A stretch of DNA of 63,999 nt, filler included, from Bigelowiella natans CCMP2755 (Eukaryota; Protista; Cercozoa): assembly GCA_000320545.1 (NCBI GenBank). It is 9 parts of 9 records of this genome, joined end to end, with 100 filler letters (N's around TTAATTAATTAA, not from the genome) between each part and the next. Parts side by side here need not be neighbours in the genome. Positions count along the whole stretch, not along the records: positions 1 to 21,571 come from ADNK01001848.1; 8 more parts are not named here. One strand, written 5' to 3'. Positions 1 through 12,905 of the stretch are shown piece after piece; the stretch's first letter is position 1; every line of letters begins with the position of its first letter. The translations under genes and the position numbers were made by a program. The notes below the pieces were generated by a model that was not told the DNA's origin, did no database searches, and worked only from the letters and a program-made list of their open reading frames with translations.

Positions 1-85
1 GATGTTACTTCAATGCTTTCATCCATGAACAAGCCACTCGGCTTGGCGCAACTAGCAACATGGCCCCCTGCGCCGCTGAATTATT

Positions 86-152
86 CTAACCCTAATTCTA
101 ACCCTAACCCTAACCCTAACCCTAACCCTAACCCTAACCCTAACCCTAACCC
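86..152 (+). repeat. Interstitial telomere-type (CCCTAA)n tract
   Basis: Eight perfect CCCTAA units at 102-149 plus degenerate units from 86; flanked by unique sequence on both sides. Confidence 0.9.
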
Positions 153-427
153 CCCCTCTAGTTGTCTCGATGCGGATTATGCAAACGTTGCATTTATCGT
201 TGTCGTCATAGTCATTGCCAAACATTTATTCTTTCATTACACGTTGCCGTTTCGGTCATTTTCATCATTGCCCACAATAGCCGGATCGGCCAACAGAAGA
301 ATGCGGTTGCTAAAGGTAGGAGAGAGGGTAGGAATTCGCGGGGAGTGTGTTGGAGATATTGAAGGAACGGTGGGGGGGGGGGAGGGGGATCCCTTTCCCA
401 AACGCGTATGGTCGGTACGTGGCGCGG

Positions 428-467
<40 letters not shown>

Positions 468-489
468 CTCAGATAGTAGGATGTATGAC

Positions 490-728
490 CTTATTAGCTT
501 TTCCAAGACCCCTTATCAGCGCCACGTAGGCGTGTGTGGGCAACTGTGACTCGCCGCTATCGAGGAGCTGGTAGAAGTAGCTCAATGCGCGGTTCCTGCG
601 TACAAGATGATGGATGGCATCACGATTCGTTTGATTGGCGCGCGGCTACAACATCGTATTCCAGGATGATGGTGGATGATGAGCGGGGCATGTATTCATA
701 ACCCCAAGTCCGACCTAACTCTCACGCC

Positions 729-771
<43 letters not shown>

Positions 772-1077
772 GTGTGTCGTCTATCAATCATCTTTGCGCG
801 GTGACTGACTTTCTTCGGCACTTGGCTTACCATTATCATCCCCACCCCCCCCCCCTTCTCTTCCCTATTTTCATGATTTTTTTTGCAATGGCAGCAACTA
901 CTACTACTACTACAACTGCCGCTGCTGCCTAACTATCATCACTACCAACTACTATTACTACTACTACTACTGCTGCTGCTGCTACCAGTGATTCTGATCG
1001 AGAAAGGCCTCCAATATAACGACGTGTGTACGTGCGTTCGGCATCGTCCCCACACGACGCATAGTCCGGATCACCTG

Positions 1078-1117
<40 letters not shown>

Positions 1118-1225
1118 CAGCAACCAAAAAAACCGACAACGCCACAGAGCAAACAGGGAAAAACAGCAGGCAACAATTACAGCGCGAAAGTCGTTCCCTC
1201 CCAATCTCCCGGGGCAAGGGAGCGC

Positions 1226-1266
<41 letters not shown>

Positions 1267-3220
1267 CAAGTGTCATCACAAGTCGTATAGCAGCTGTGCG
1301 TGTGTGCGTGTGCGCGTGTGTTGTGTGTTACATGCTCCATGAGCTGCCACTGCTTTCCCTTCCTGAGGGCCTGCAGCAGCGCCGTGTACGCAACGACGTC
1401 TGGCACGACGCCCTGCTTGTGCATGAGCTTGAAGATGGCTACGGCTTCTGACCAGTCGCCGGCCCGCGTGTGGGCGGCGATTGCGATGGTGAACCTTGGT
1501 ATGCGTTTGTGCAGGGAAGGGGGGGGGGGAGGGGGGATATCATTAGGATGCAGCACTGTTATGATACGAGAAGTGTTCGAGTGATTCTTGCTTTTTTTTC
1601 CTCCCCTGTAATACTCACCTTCTCCAATCTACTACAAACTACCACCACCATCACCGCTACTACTACTACTACTGCTGCTGCTGGCTGCCGCTGCTACTAT
1701 TATTACCCGTGCAGGGTTAAGGGCACATCATCTTCAATAATGGCGCCCCACACCCCCCTCATAACATCCCAAGCTTCGTCCTCTCCTGCGAGCCGTAGCG
1801 CAAGGAGATACACTTGGGCGGGGACGAGAGCGCCAGGGGACACATCGTCCGTCAATGCGGCAGGGTGGGAGGGCGGCCTAGGATGCCTCAGGGCACACAG
1901 AAGCGAGATAGCTTGCTTTAGACTGCCATTCGCCGCGTACGCGTTGAGGGCGCGCGAGTACAGCTGGGTGGGGGCACTCATACCCCACGACTGAATATGT
2001 TGGGGAGCAGGGATTAGTGGATGGCGACAAGGTGCGCGTGTGTGTGTGTGTGTGTATGTGTGCGTGTGCGTGCCAAGGATAAGAGAGAAGTCAAAGGGGG
2101 GGGGGTAAGGGCTGCTGGAAGGGTCAGCGAAAATGTGGGAAAAGGCGATGCTGTATAGCGAGCATCCATTCATCCATTCTGATCACTTCCGGTCCTTATT
2201 TCAGAACGAACTGCGAATAGTTCCCCGTCTGATGACCTATCATTTCTCTCTTTATGATCGCGTGAATGCTACGCACCGCAAGCCAAGAAAGAAGGTCCCC
2301 CCCTAGCTCCCAGTTCATTTCGTCCCTTGTGAGAGAGTCAATCAGTATCTCCATCTGCGCCTGGTCGAGCGTGCGGGGATCGATGGCTTCGAGAGACTCG
2401 CGACGGTAGCCTGGCGGAAAGGCAGATGATGGATTAGGACAATGATAAGGAGGAGAGGATTTTGCGTGCTGTGTCCCCGCTTGTTTGCAGTCTGTCTGTT
2501 TGTACAATGGGCGTGTATATGCACGTTTGGTATTCTCGATCATGCTCGATTGTCTGCGACCTTCTCCCAGCATCTTGGCCAGAAGCTGGCTTGGGTGCAC
2601 AATTTCTTGCGTTGAACACGTTTCCCGAACGCTCTCCGGGTCGCGCCTTCCCACAACTATGTGCGAGGGATTCTCATGAGGATAATGTTGACGGTGCGCG
2701 TCTCGAAGAAGATCCTCCAGACCGCCACCACCACTACTTTGAGGCCTACAAGTACGGGGGAAGAGTTAAAAATATACGTATCATCATTTAGGCAGCTACT
2801 ATACCTTTTTTGGTTCTCATCGCCGGGGATTATGATTAGATGCGACGATGAAGTTTTGGTGGGGGGAGGGCTAACTGCCACGCTATCTCGAAGACGACGA
2901 GGAAGCGGCGGTTGATTGGTACTCTCAATATCGTCGCCCGGAGCATACCCTCCACCACCGACCTCATATGTTGACCCTATCCTTGTTCTTCGCTTCTCGT
3001 TGATGATCTTTGCGGAGTAACCAGACGGCCTTTCGAGCCTCCAAACGCCTCCAACCGACTTGTCCATCGCCGGCCGAAGTCGCCTGCAGCCACGTGGCCC
3101 GATCCGTGCTATTGGTTCGTAGGCGACACGTAGCGATGTTCGCCCAGCGCCCAGTCCCACCACTCCCACTAAAATTGACCACAACATCGCTAGGCGCCTC
3201 ACCTTCCATCCGACCCCCAT
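490..3220 (-). CDS. Multi-exon pentatricopeptide repeat (PPR) protein with N-terminal signal/transit-like leader; 3' end uncertain
   Basis: PPR-like motifs in separate exons: FTIAIAAHTRAGDWSEAVAIFKLMHKQGVVPDVVAYTALLQAL (about 1360-1495), LYSRALNAYAANGSLKQAISLL (about 1900-1965), AYVALIRGLGKANK (about 490-532). ATG at 3220 or 3187 precedes a hydrophobic then Arg-rich segment. Exon boundaries approximate. Confidence 0.75.
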
Positions 3221-5305
3221 TATAAAACACACGGGGTGAGGAAGATAATGCCGATGTGGGCAGGGGAGGGGACCCTTCTCCGGCGCTCGAGCTTCGGGAA
3301 ATGAGCGCAACTATGTTATGACGCTATCTTAAAATGGACTGCAATTGCACACGCAGGCGCCGCCACTAATTTCCTTTCGGGAATAGTAGCATGATACCTC
3401 TGATGCCGCCCAGATTTTATAAGAAATGAAGGAGGTTTCATATAATAATAAAAACCGTCCTTTTTTGGTTACTACGACAATTGTCTCCGGACACTGTTCG
3501 CATGACCGACATGATATTTGGTGTCAGGCTGTTTTCCCTATGTACCTTATGAACGACATGTATAAAATACGAAAGACACCTAAAATATGCGTTTGCCGAA
3601 AAAAAAAACCAAAAAAATGGACTTTTTGACACTTTTTTTCCAGAAACTTACAAAAAAAAATTCGGGAAGCGATATTATAATGGAAAACTGCAATAAATAT
3701 TAAAAATAGGAGCAAATGAATTCCATTAGTGGAAATCCCTTCACATAACGAAGTCGCGTGTATAATCAGAATAGAAGTGAATTTGAAAGATAAATATTAA
3801 TTCGAATTCATGAGTATAATCGTCAATCTGGATGTCGTATATCAAAATAAAACTAAAAATAAAAAAGATATGACCACCTATGTATCATATAAATGATGAT
3901 TATTTCTTTTTTTCCTGGTCTCTCACACGACATTGCCTGGGCAGTACCGTACTGGCGGTCTGTACCATTCGTTTTCAGGCGAACAAAGTAAGAACTCTTC
4001 AAAAAATTGCGCATCAAAAAAAGGAATTTAGCATTGATTATTTATATTTTTGATAAATTAGCATTGTTTTTACAACTCATTACGATAATAATTTAATCTG
4101 CTTATATCTGGATCCATAAGAAATATGGAGAGAGGACATAAGAGAGACTGCCCGATAGTAGCAGGCTCTGCTGGTAGTAAAATCCATGATATTGACAGGG
4201 GGAGAGACAGACACCCGTGTGAGTGGCAGGGATTTGGATGCACTCTCGCGCAACGAGCCTCGACCTTGTTTAAACTTTGTCATTGACCGTAAAAATTACA
4301 GAATGTAATTCAATTTCTTTCTAAGACATGCCAGGTCTTTTTGAAATATAAGAGTCTATTCTTTTTCTAGAAAACGTTAGATGGCTTCTAACTCGAAATA
4401 AATTTAAAACATTTATCGATTTTATTGAATTTATTGAGGCGTCAAGACATAATATTTATACATAAATGTCACCATCGAAGGATGTTGTAATTGGTAAAAA
4501 TCGGCCGGGATTGGGCCCGAATCCCCAGGTCTTACGGCTTCAATCTTGGTGTCAGAATACTCTGAGATGACAGTGTATGCCACTTTAATAAATTAAACTA
4601 TAATCATGTACTACGACTACTAAAAATGTTCAAAATATCCTTTTATTGAAGGTATCGTTTTAATTCTGGTCATCCTTTTATAGGGTTTGTACTTAATCTA
4701 ACTGGCTCACTTTTCTGCACCTGCTACACGTCCTCTCATTATCTCCCGCTCAAGGTCTTCCTTCGCCATTTGTACTTCTCCCAACCCCGATTCACTATTT
4801 TTTAAATCCATCAGATGCAGTTCCAAGCCATCCAGCGTTTTGATGCGAAAACGCAGCCTCTCATGGTATAGAAAAATACAATATAACAGATGACAAACTA
4901 TGATTTCTGCATAAAAATGGGAACTATCGCATGTGATCCAACGATGCTGCAGGATATTTTTTGCGGAATAACTATGTTCAGTATTTACTTCTGTATTTTA
5001 ATGGGCGCCATCCCTTACTTTGCTAATTGCATTTGAAGGATTCGCAGGCATCTGACACTAAGATGCCGGCATTACCACCTATTGAGCCCAACGCGAAGCG
5101 CCAAAAATTAGGAGATGACGTAGCAAATGGTACATCAAAAAAACTTAAATTACTGAGACATAACATCGAAAGGCACGATATTGATGAAAATCCGCTTTAA
5201 TGTAGGTACAATGGTAGCAAGCCCGCCTCCAGTATTACAAACTGGCGGCATGGCTGAAGGTTCGTGACGAGTAGACTCTGAGCACTACTTAAAAAAAATC
5301 AATTG

Positions 5306-5995
5306 ATGGTGCTATCTAACATGAGCCTATTTGCAGGAGGTCATCTGGTGCATTCCCAGCTTATCACAGCAGGTGCCGCTGCCCCTATTCCAGCGTCCAT
5401 GTCTGCGTTGGGAGGAAATCATAACCAGATTAAAGCTTTTTTGGATCACATTTCGTTGGGGCAATACTGGCGACTTCTTAGCGAGAATGGGTGTGATACA
5501 CTAGAAGACCTTGCCACTGCCGACGTGCAGATGCTGGTCAATCTTGGCTTCAAAATCTTCCATGCTAACCGCCTCGTTACGGCCGTGCATCGCTTCATTC
5601 GTCCCGCTCCTCCAGTCATCAATCAACCAACCAAGAGAAAACGTGCATCCCACGTGCGCACATTTGCCGAGATGTATCAAAGGGTTGAAGAGTTTCAGAA
5701 TCTCGTTAACCAGGTCGGGAGTATGTCAGCTGCTGAGCGCGACCCAAGGTCAAGTATCTCTCGCGGCGCGTATACACAGTACCTCCGCATCAAGGAGCTG
5801 GCCGAGAAGGAACAAATTTCTCTCACCGATGAAAAGTATGTGAACGTGAAGCCAACTGAAAAGAACGTGAAAGAAATTATAGCCAAGGAGAAAACCTCAA
5901 AAATGGAGCCAACTCACGGAGTTCCCTTGCCCAGTGTAATCTCGAACAACCCTGTATCCGTTCCAGGAGGTGAGCATGCTGAGGAGCTCAGCTAG
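5306..5995 (+). CDS. Intronless SAM (sterile alpha motif) domain protein
   Basis: ORF 5303-5995 with IKAFLDHISLGQYWRLLSENGCDTLEDLATADVQMLVNLGFKIFHANRLVTAV, matching the SAM pattern; first ATG 5306 (alternative 5321). Confidence 0.75.
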   Translation: MVLSNMSLFAGGHLVHSQLITAGAAAPIPASMSALGGNHNQIKAFLDHISLGQYWRLLSENGCDTLEDLATADVQMLVNLGFKIFHANRLVTAVHRFIRPAPPVINQPTKRKRASHVRTFAEMYQRVEEFQNLVNQVGSMSAAERDPRSSISRGAYTQYLRIKELAEKEQISLTDEKYVNVKPTEKNVKEIIAKEKTSKMEPTHGVPLPSVISNNPVSVPGGEHAEELS

Positions 5996-6226
5996 CGAAC
6001 TGAAGTGATAAAGCATGTAAAATATGTCCAGAAATCGAATGTAGACAAACAATTATTATGTTATTGAAGTAAGCATTGCTCGATCGGTGCAGCATCGGTC
6101 GATGATGAGATGTGTGATGCGATCGTGCGTGTCAACTCGCCATTGGAGTGTAGCTTGGCATGCGATGCGAGAGATAGCGCATCGGACAACTACAACAGAC
6201 AAGGTGTACACCGTATCCATAGTAAG

Positions 6227-6363
6227 TATCATAGACACAGTAATAGCATATATATTATATATATGATATTACATGTCTATAATAAGTATCAGAGCTATAC
6301 TTATCATAGACACAGTAATAGCATATATATTATATGTATGATATTACATGTCTATAATAAGTA
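6227..6363. repeat. Direct duplication of a 62-bp AT-rich unit
   Basis: 6227-6288 and 6302-6363 are identical except A6261 versus G6336. Confidence 0.9.
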
Positions 6364-6393
6364 ACTGTGTAGGATGAAGCTAGTGAAGTCTAA

Positions 6394-7455
6394 TCTAGCT
6401 AGACGCTGGAGTGGCACGCTAGCACGGAGGGCTGGAAAGGCGTCAGCGATGATGCAAGAATTCCTTTCGTTCCGCAACTTGCCATGTTTGTTTTGTTTGA
6501 TGACGATGCGCCGCGGTGTGTGCGCTCATTGTTGGGTGGATTAGGCCTTGCTAGCTCTAGAGCTTGTTTCGAGAACACTGACTGAGATGCCCACATAGCC
6601 ATGTCGACATCGCAGACGCATTGAGTTTGGCTAGTTGGGCATGCATGCGCGTGCTCATTTGTCTGGTCACCGTCATGTCACGATGGACAGGCCACACATC
6701 TAGATCATGTGCCATGCATGCGACACACGTGAGCACGCATGGTGCGCTGTTCAGCGCTGAAACGATGGAGAGTCATCTAGTCATGGCTAGCTAGCTAGCA
6801 TGCTAGCATGCTGGCACCAGAGCTAGCAGAGCATGCTTGTTCAGCTCTAGAGCTGTCTAGCTGTGGGGCACCTCACAGCACGCACGCGTGTGCATCCACA
6901 GCACCATGCAAGCGAACACTGCTAGATCGGGCCATCTGTCCATTGCGGACTCGTTGACATCGCATCGGATGGAAGGCGCATCGGTGATCGATTGGTTGGT
7001 TGATTGATTCATGGCTGATTTCGATGACGTCCCAATAAGCTTGGTGCAGCCGAGTCAATGAATGAACAAGTGAACATTGAACATCAAACATTGAACATTG
7101 AACAAAGTGTTGAAACAAATCTGCATGCGCAAGAACCACATGGGAGACAAACAAGCGCGGCGCAACATGCATGCAAGCGCCTTCGCGTGGGAAACCATCG
7201 CACGAAGGTCATGATCGCAATTGCATTGCGACAAAGAAACATGCGTTGTCGCAGTCATGAAAGGGCAACTTGGAAGTGCTCAACAATTTGTGATTCTCAA
7301 CATGGCTTCGGCCCCCCTCGGCCGAGTCCCACCCCCGCGGCCGCCGCCGCCGCCTCTTCTTCCTCCTCCCCCTCCTCCTCCACTTTCGCATCCGTCCTCG
7401 GTCCGTCGACATCCTTCTCACCATCTCAAATTGGGTGATTCTGACAGCAAATGGT
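6394..7455. other. TpA-depleted tract A (CTAG spared)
   Basis: About 19 TA in about 1060 bp, 16 of them in CTAG; none in 7038-7455. Confidence 0.9.
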
Positions 7456-10400
7456 TAGTGGTTGCATTTGGTAAGCGAAGTCTTCAAATCTAACGTTTCG
7501 CACCCGATCACATGTGTTCTGTAGTGTGGCGGGGCCAAGCAGAAACATAGAAGAAGCGAGGAGCACGTACATGGATTCAACGCATGAATTTGATGATTCT
7601 TACATCATGCCCATTGATGATGAAGGAGAGTGGTATTGGCTACCATCAAAGCAGAAGGGATATGTCCCCGCAAAGCTGAAACAAAGGCTGAGCAATGGTT
7701 CCTGGTTACTCACTGAAGCTCCGAATGATGAAAAATTACAGCACATTGTTCCAAAGAAGAGACAAACCCTTCAGAAAGTTGTCTGGGAACACATGAAATC
7801 CTCAACATCGGTATCGCTTTAAAGGGAGTTTCCATGTCCTGAATCACATCCTTGATTCAATCATTGTAGGATCTCGTGATGTTGGATGCTGTCAATCCCC
7901 CACTCGTTTGTTATCATTTGAGAAGACGTTATTTGAGGAACCAAATTTACACGGTTCGATGATTGATTGTGTAGCAGCTTCGCATCTTGCTTTTTTCAAT
8001 CATTGACGATGAAAGAGTATCATGTGACATTTCACACGTTGCTATGGTCCCGATATAGGCAATTGGTGCAATGTGTATATCGATGAATCCGTATGAATGG
8101 CTTCCTCTCTATACCCCGAAGGTGGTACATATGTGGTGATCAGTGGCAGCAAAAATGATTCTGCCCTACATTCATTCAGATAATGGAAAACTACCAGAAA
8201 CAGCGTGAACGTCAGGTGACAGTGTTTCAATTTGCATCTCAATGTAGAATTTTATTGTTGTTCTTTAGCCTCCCCATGTCTTTGGGATTGCTTCGAAAGC
8301 ATTTTCGAACCTTTGGGAAAATGGCAGGCGTCAATCGATTGTGATAAGTGGCGAGTCAGGGGCTGGGAAGGTCGACTGTAGGGATAGATTTGAATATTAG
8401 CGTTGACGTTCCATCGTTATTTCAGACCGAATGCACCAAACAGTGCCTTGCATTCATAGCTGAAGTAGCTTGTAGGTGCTCATTGATAAATATCATACAC
8501 ACAACATATGTAGACTGCGACTGACATTTGTCTTTTTTAAAAAGTAACGAAAGCAACATTGAGCAGAAGATCCTTTCAGCAAACTGTATTTTAGAAGCTT
8601 TTGGGAATGCGAAGACGGTGTGGAAAATTCAGTTTAGTTTTTGTTGACAATACTAATTTTTGGATGTTGCAAAAGATCCGTAACAATAACTCTTCGCGTT
8701 TTGGCAAGTATGTAGAGATTTTCTTCGATCACAGGTTGAAAGGCGTCTTCCTTATAAAATGCACGTACTGACTAGAACCTACATCAGCCATGGAGTGTGC
8801 GGAGCACAAACTCTTAACTATCTCCTCGAAAAATCACGAGTATGTTTCCAAGTAAGAACAAGTGTCAGAAACCTTTACACACACCATAAGCAAGTCTTTT
8901 GCACTAGACTGACGGGGAAAGGAACTTTCACATTTTTTATCAAATGTGCGCAGGATGTACAGAAGTGGTATAATTTAATAGATGAAATCCAGATACTATT
9001 TCTGTAATTTCTAAGCACCTTCCCACTCAGGAAAAAAAGCTACTGAACCTTGGCGACGCATCAGCGTTTTCGTAATTGATTGTATTCATTTGAGTTGTTA
9101 CAGACGCAGTCAACAATATTGTATTAGGTACTTGCACGGCAACATTAATTGCGAAGATATTAACGATGTCGACGCCTATGAAGCGACACTACGAGTAGTG
9201 AAGAACATAGTGTTCTACTTCAATTGCACTCATTGATTTTATTATGTGAAGGCATTTGATAGATTGAAAGTCGATAGAAGTGAAATCTGGAATATGCTTC
9301 TTATTCTTGCGGGCGTATTAAACCTTGGAAACTGTGAACTCAAAGGTATCATTTTCAAAAACAAAGCTCATGCAACTGACACTCACAAGGATCCATGAAT
9401 ATAAATTAGAGAATGCAGGTGAAGATCCATCGTGCTTCGTATCGCAGGTGAATAATCGCTGCATCCTGAGGATGGCGGCCGCTGAGTTTGTTTCAATGTT
9501 CAGGAACCTTTGAACAATGTATCTAAGCTTTTGGGATTCCCTACCAATGCTCTAGAGAAAGTGAGCTACAAAGTTTCTGAGACTTTTTGTAGTTTGTAAA
9601 AAATGCCCATGTTTTAAGGGCCTGCGATATCGTTCGATACGAGCTCGATACGGAGAAAACGTACACATCCCGCTGACGGTAATTGTTTACTCTTAGTGGA
9701 TTAGAGTTGAGAAACTTCGATAATGATAATAGGGTGTCGAAGCACGTAATCAAAGAGATGCTTTGTCAAAGTTTATCTACAACGCTCTGTTTGATTGGCT
9801 GGTAAGATTATGCGCAGTACATTTGGTCTGATTCATAACCATGCTCCTTGTTATAAGGTTGCAAAAATCAACATAATGACCGAAGTGGAAGGGTCGAAAG
9901 AAAGAAAGACACAGTATGTAAGCTAAACCTGGTATTTCTTCCTTGATATTCTTTTCTATCCTTCAATTCAGAGGCAAGCTTGCTCGAAATGACTCTGGTC
10001 AAATTTTAACCATTGGCATCCTGGATATCTTTGGTATACCTGCATTGCTAAATTCACAATGAGGATGTTCATTCAGTGTGTAGTCAAATATGAAAACCCG
10101 CATAATTTTAGGGTTTGAAATATTTGAAAAGAACTCATTGGAGCAGCTGTAATTTTCGCACAATCTTTGCTCTTGGGTGCAACCTTACATGTTAATATGT
10201 TCAGGCTTATTAATTATGCGAATGAGAAATTACAACAATTCTTCAATCTTTGGATCTTCAAGCGTGAGCAGGTATCCATTTGTATTTAACATACTCTCAT
10301 ACTACTCAATCTCATTATATCTCCTCTCATCCACACAGACACTGTACGAATCAGAAGGACTAAGTTTCAAAGAAGTTCTTTACAACGATAATCAAGGCAT

Positions 10401-12868
10401 TCTTGATCTTATTGAGAAAAGGAGAACAGGGGTTGCAATGCCATTATCGAATGATAAAGACGTAATCCTTTACTTTTATATTTTTATTTGTAGATATTAT
10501 CAATGATTGAGGAAGAGATTCGGATTCCACGTGGCAATGATAAAACATTGATGGGTAAACTCGGAAGACTCTACGGAGGAAAATCCAAACAATTCAGAAG
10601 ACTTCTTCATGTAAAATCTATTTTGATAACGTGATTTGAACTAGTTTGTTAATGGTTTTACCTGTTTCGTATGCTAGGAACCATCGCATTTTATTCTTAG
10701 TCACTACGCAGGAGAAGTGAAATACTCAAGCGAAGGCTTCATGGAGAAGAGCAGGGTAGTAGTTTACATTCTTCACGAAGTTATACTGTGGTCGTAATAT
10801 ACACGCGCAAATTTGAATCTACTTAGTGTGTGGTTTGCGAATAAAATAGTAATTTATCTTAAACAGGATAGGCTATCCGACGATCTTGCTTTCCTCATAC
10901 GTCAAACCAAATTGAAGTTTTTATCTGAACTATTTCTGCCTTCCCAGAAGTTCCAAGTATCACTGACAATTGAAAATCCTTCAAAAAAGCCAGCTGTGAC
11001 TCAAAATACAAGCCAGGATTCTAAGAAGAGGTTTAGATCTCTTATGAAAGAGACCATGGTGAGGTGACAGGAGTTTTGTGTATAGTGTGTTGGCATTTAG
11101 TGATCATCGCCCGCGATCAAAGACTGTTGCTCCGAATCCAGTTACAACATCCTCGCGTGTAGAATTTTTCTCTAAAAATGCATCACGATCCCACAAAAGC
11201 ATCAGCCGATCAGTTCGTCAACCAACTGCCCTTGAGACAAGAAGAAGTGTATCAATAGCCTTAAGGCAACGTTCATATCGGCCCGGACGGTCATCTGTCA
11301 GCCCACCAAGAACAAGGTGGCCACCTAGATCTGTTTATAAATGTATTTATATCAGAATCGGTCGTGCCAATTCAGACGATCTAAAACCCATCCAAGACTT
11401 GAAACTACAAAAAGCATCTGCTTCAAGTTTAAGCGCCAGCTTCATGAGGTTTTAAAAGAATTAGAAGATTGAGATCACGATATGTCTTCCATGGAATCGC
11501 CACTTGCTACTTGTACTCAGCTCATGCAAAATCTTGATTCCACGGAACCACACTATATTCGCTGCATTAAGCCGAATCATACAAAGAGTCCTCGTGATTT
11601 TGACGGCGATCTGGTTCGACTCCATATCGAAGCTCGCGCAAACCCTTTTGGAAACATGAGTCGAAATTTTCATCGTACCCAGGTTATACAGCAGCTAAAA
11701 TATTCCGGAGTGTTTGAAGCTATCAATATGCAAAAGCAAGTAAGAGTGAAATTTCGACACCATGAACCCTCCAAAAGTACTCGATATTGTGCTCGATAGG
11801 GCTTCCCATATCGACTCACCCATGAGAGATTTTGGAGACGATATCAGTGTATAGCCGGCTCGAAACATTCATGGAGTAAGGATGTAATATCCAACGTCGT
11901 TGAAATTTTGAACCAAGCAAAGCTCGATGTGGTATACTTTCCCAAAATCTGCAAAAAAATCTCTACCAAGATGCTTTGCTTTGCTTGTTGAATCTCATTT
12001 TCGACGATGTCATCTGTAACAACTTAGAAGAATGAGGTCAGAGTTGGGAAGACACAAATATTTTATCGGGTTGCTCAACACCGATGCCTGGAGAACCACC
12101 GCCAGATTTCTATCGAAGCTCCCGTTAATTTGTTACAGCGTGTTTTCCGAGGACATCTAGCACGAAGACTGAAAAAGAATCTTCTCAAAGCTAGGCCAAT
12201 TCTTCGTGAAGCACTGAAGGTACTGCACTCTGGTGAAAAGGCTATTCTGATACAAAATGCAATTTCAGCGACGGAATCTTGAAGCAGTCGAGCATGCACT
12301 CGGACTATGTGATACGTTAGACTTCAAAATATCGGAAGTAAAATAAGTGCATAGATACAAGCTTGATCTACACGCAGTACAATTATTTCCCCACAGGTAG
12401 ATCAACTGATTGACCTGAAGAATGAGCTGATCGAGGAGACACGAATTCGTGCAGAAGTGGAAGCCCTATTCCAGAAATCGGATGCTGAAACAAGTTCGTG
12501 CATTTTTCCTTTGTGAACAATCTTTTGCATTTATGTGAGCCAAACATCAGGAACTTGTGTGCCAAATGGTCCGTTAAGAGAACAAAAGCAAGCGGGCTTA
12601 GAACACGTACAGCAGGAACTGATATCAGTTGAATCGAAACCACATTCACAAGAAATAGCCTTGGCTCCCAAAAACGATGACAATCAGAAGGTATTCGATT
12701 CTCTTAATCGAGCTTCAACGTTGATATTTACAATCCTTTTTTACAACCTATTTTGAAGGCTAGAGATGCTGTAGGCATAAAATTGACCGAGGCATGCAAA
12801 AATAAAGATATGGTAACATATACCTGAGCGATTTCTTTAAAATGGATTAAGTACGACGGAAAATAATA

Positions 12869-12905
<37 letters not shown>

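Noticed and set aside
732-1290. ORFs with poly-H, poly-S, CVCV, YIYI or ERER runs here and throughout the window
   Set aside because: Translations of intronic microsatellites. Their similar lengths of about 30-36 bp probably reflect assembly collapse.
4707-5250. Possible small minus-strand gene (LYHERLRFRIKTLDGLELHLMDLK...)
   Set aside because: Short, no recognisable family and no consistent exon chain.
6394-7455. CpG methylation decay or classical RIP as the cause of the TG/CA excess
   Set aside because: CpG is plentiful in the tracts (CGCACGCG, GCGCGGCG) and TA is lost, whereas RIP creates TA. Some individual CG/CA mismatches could still be CpG decay.
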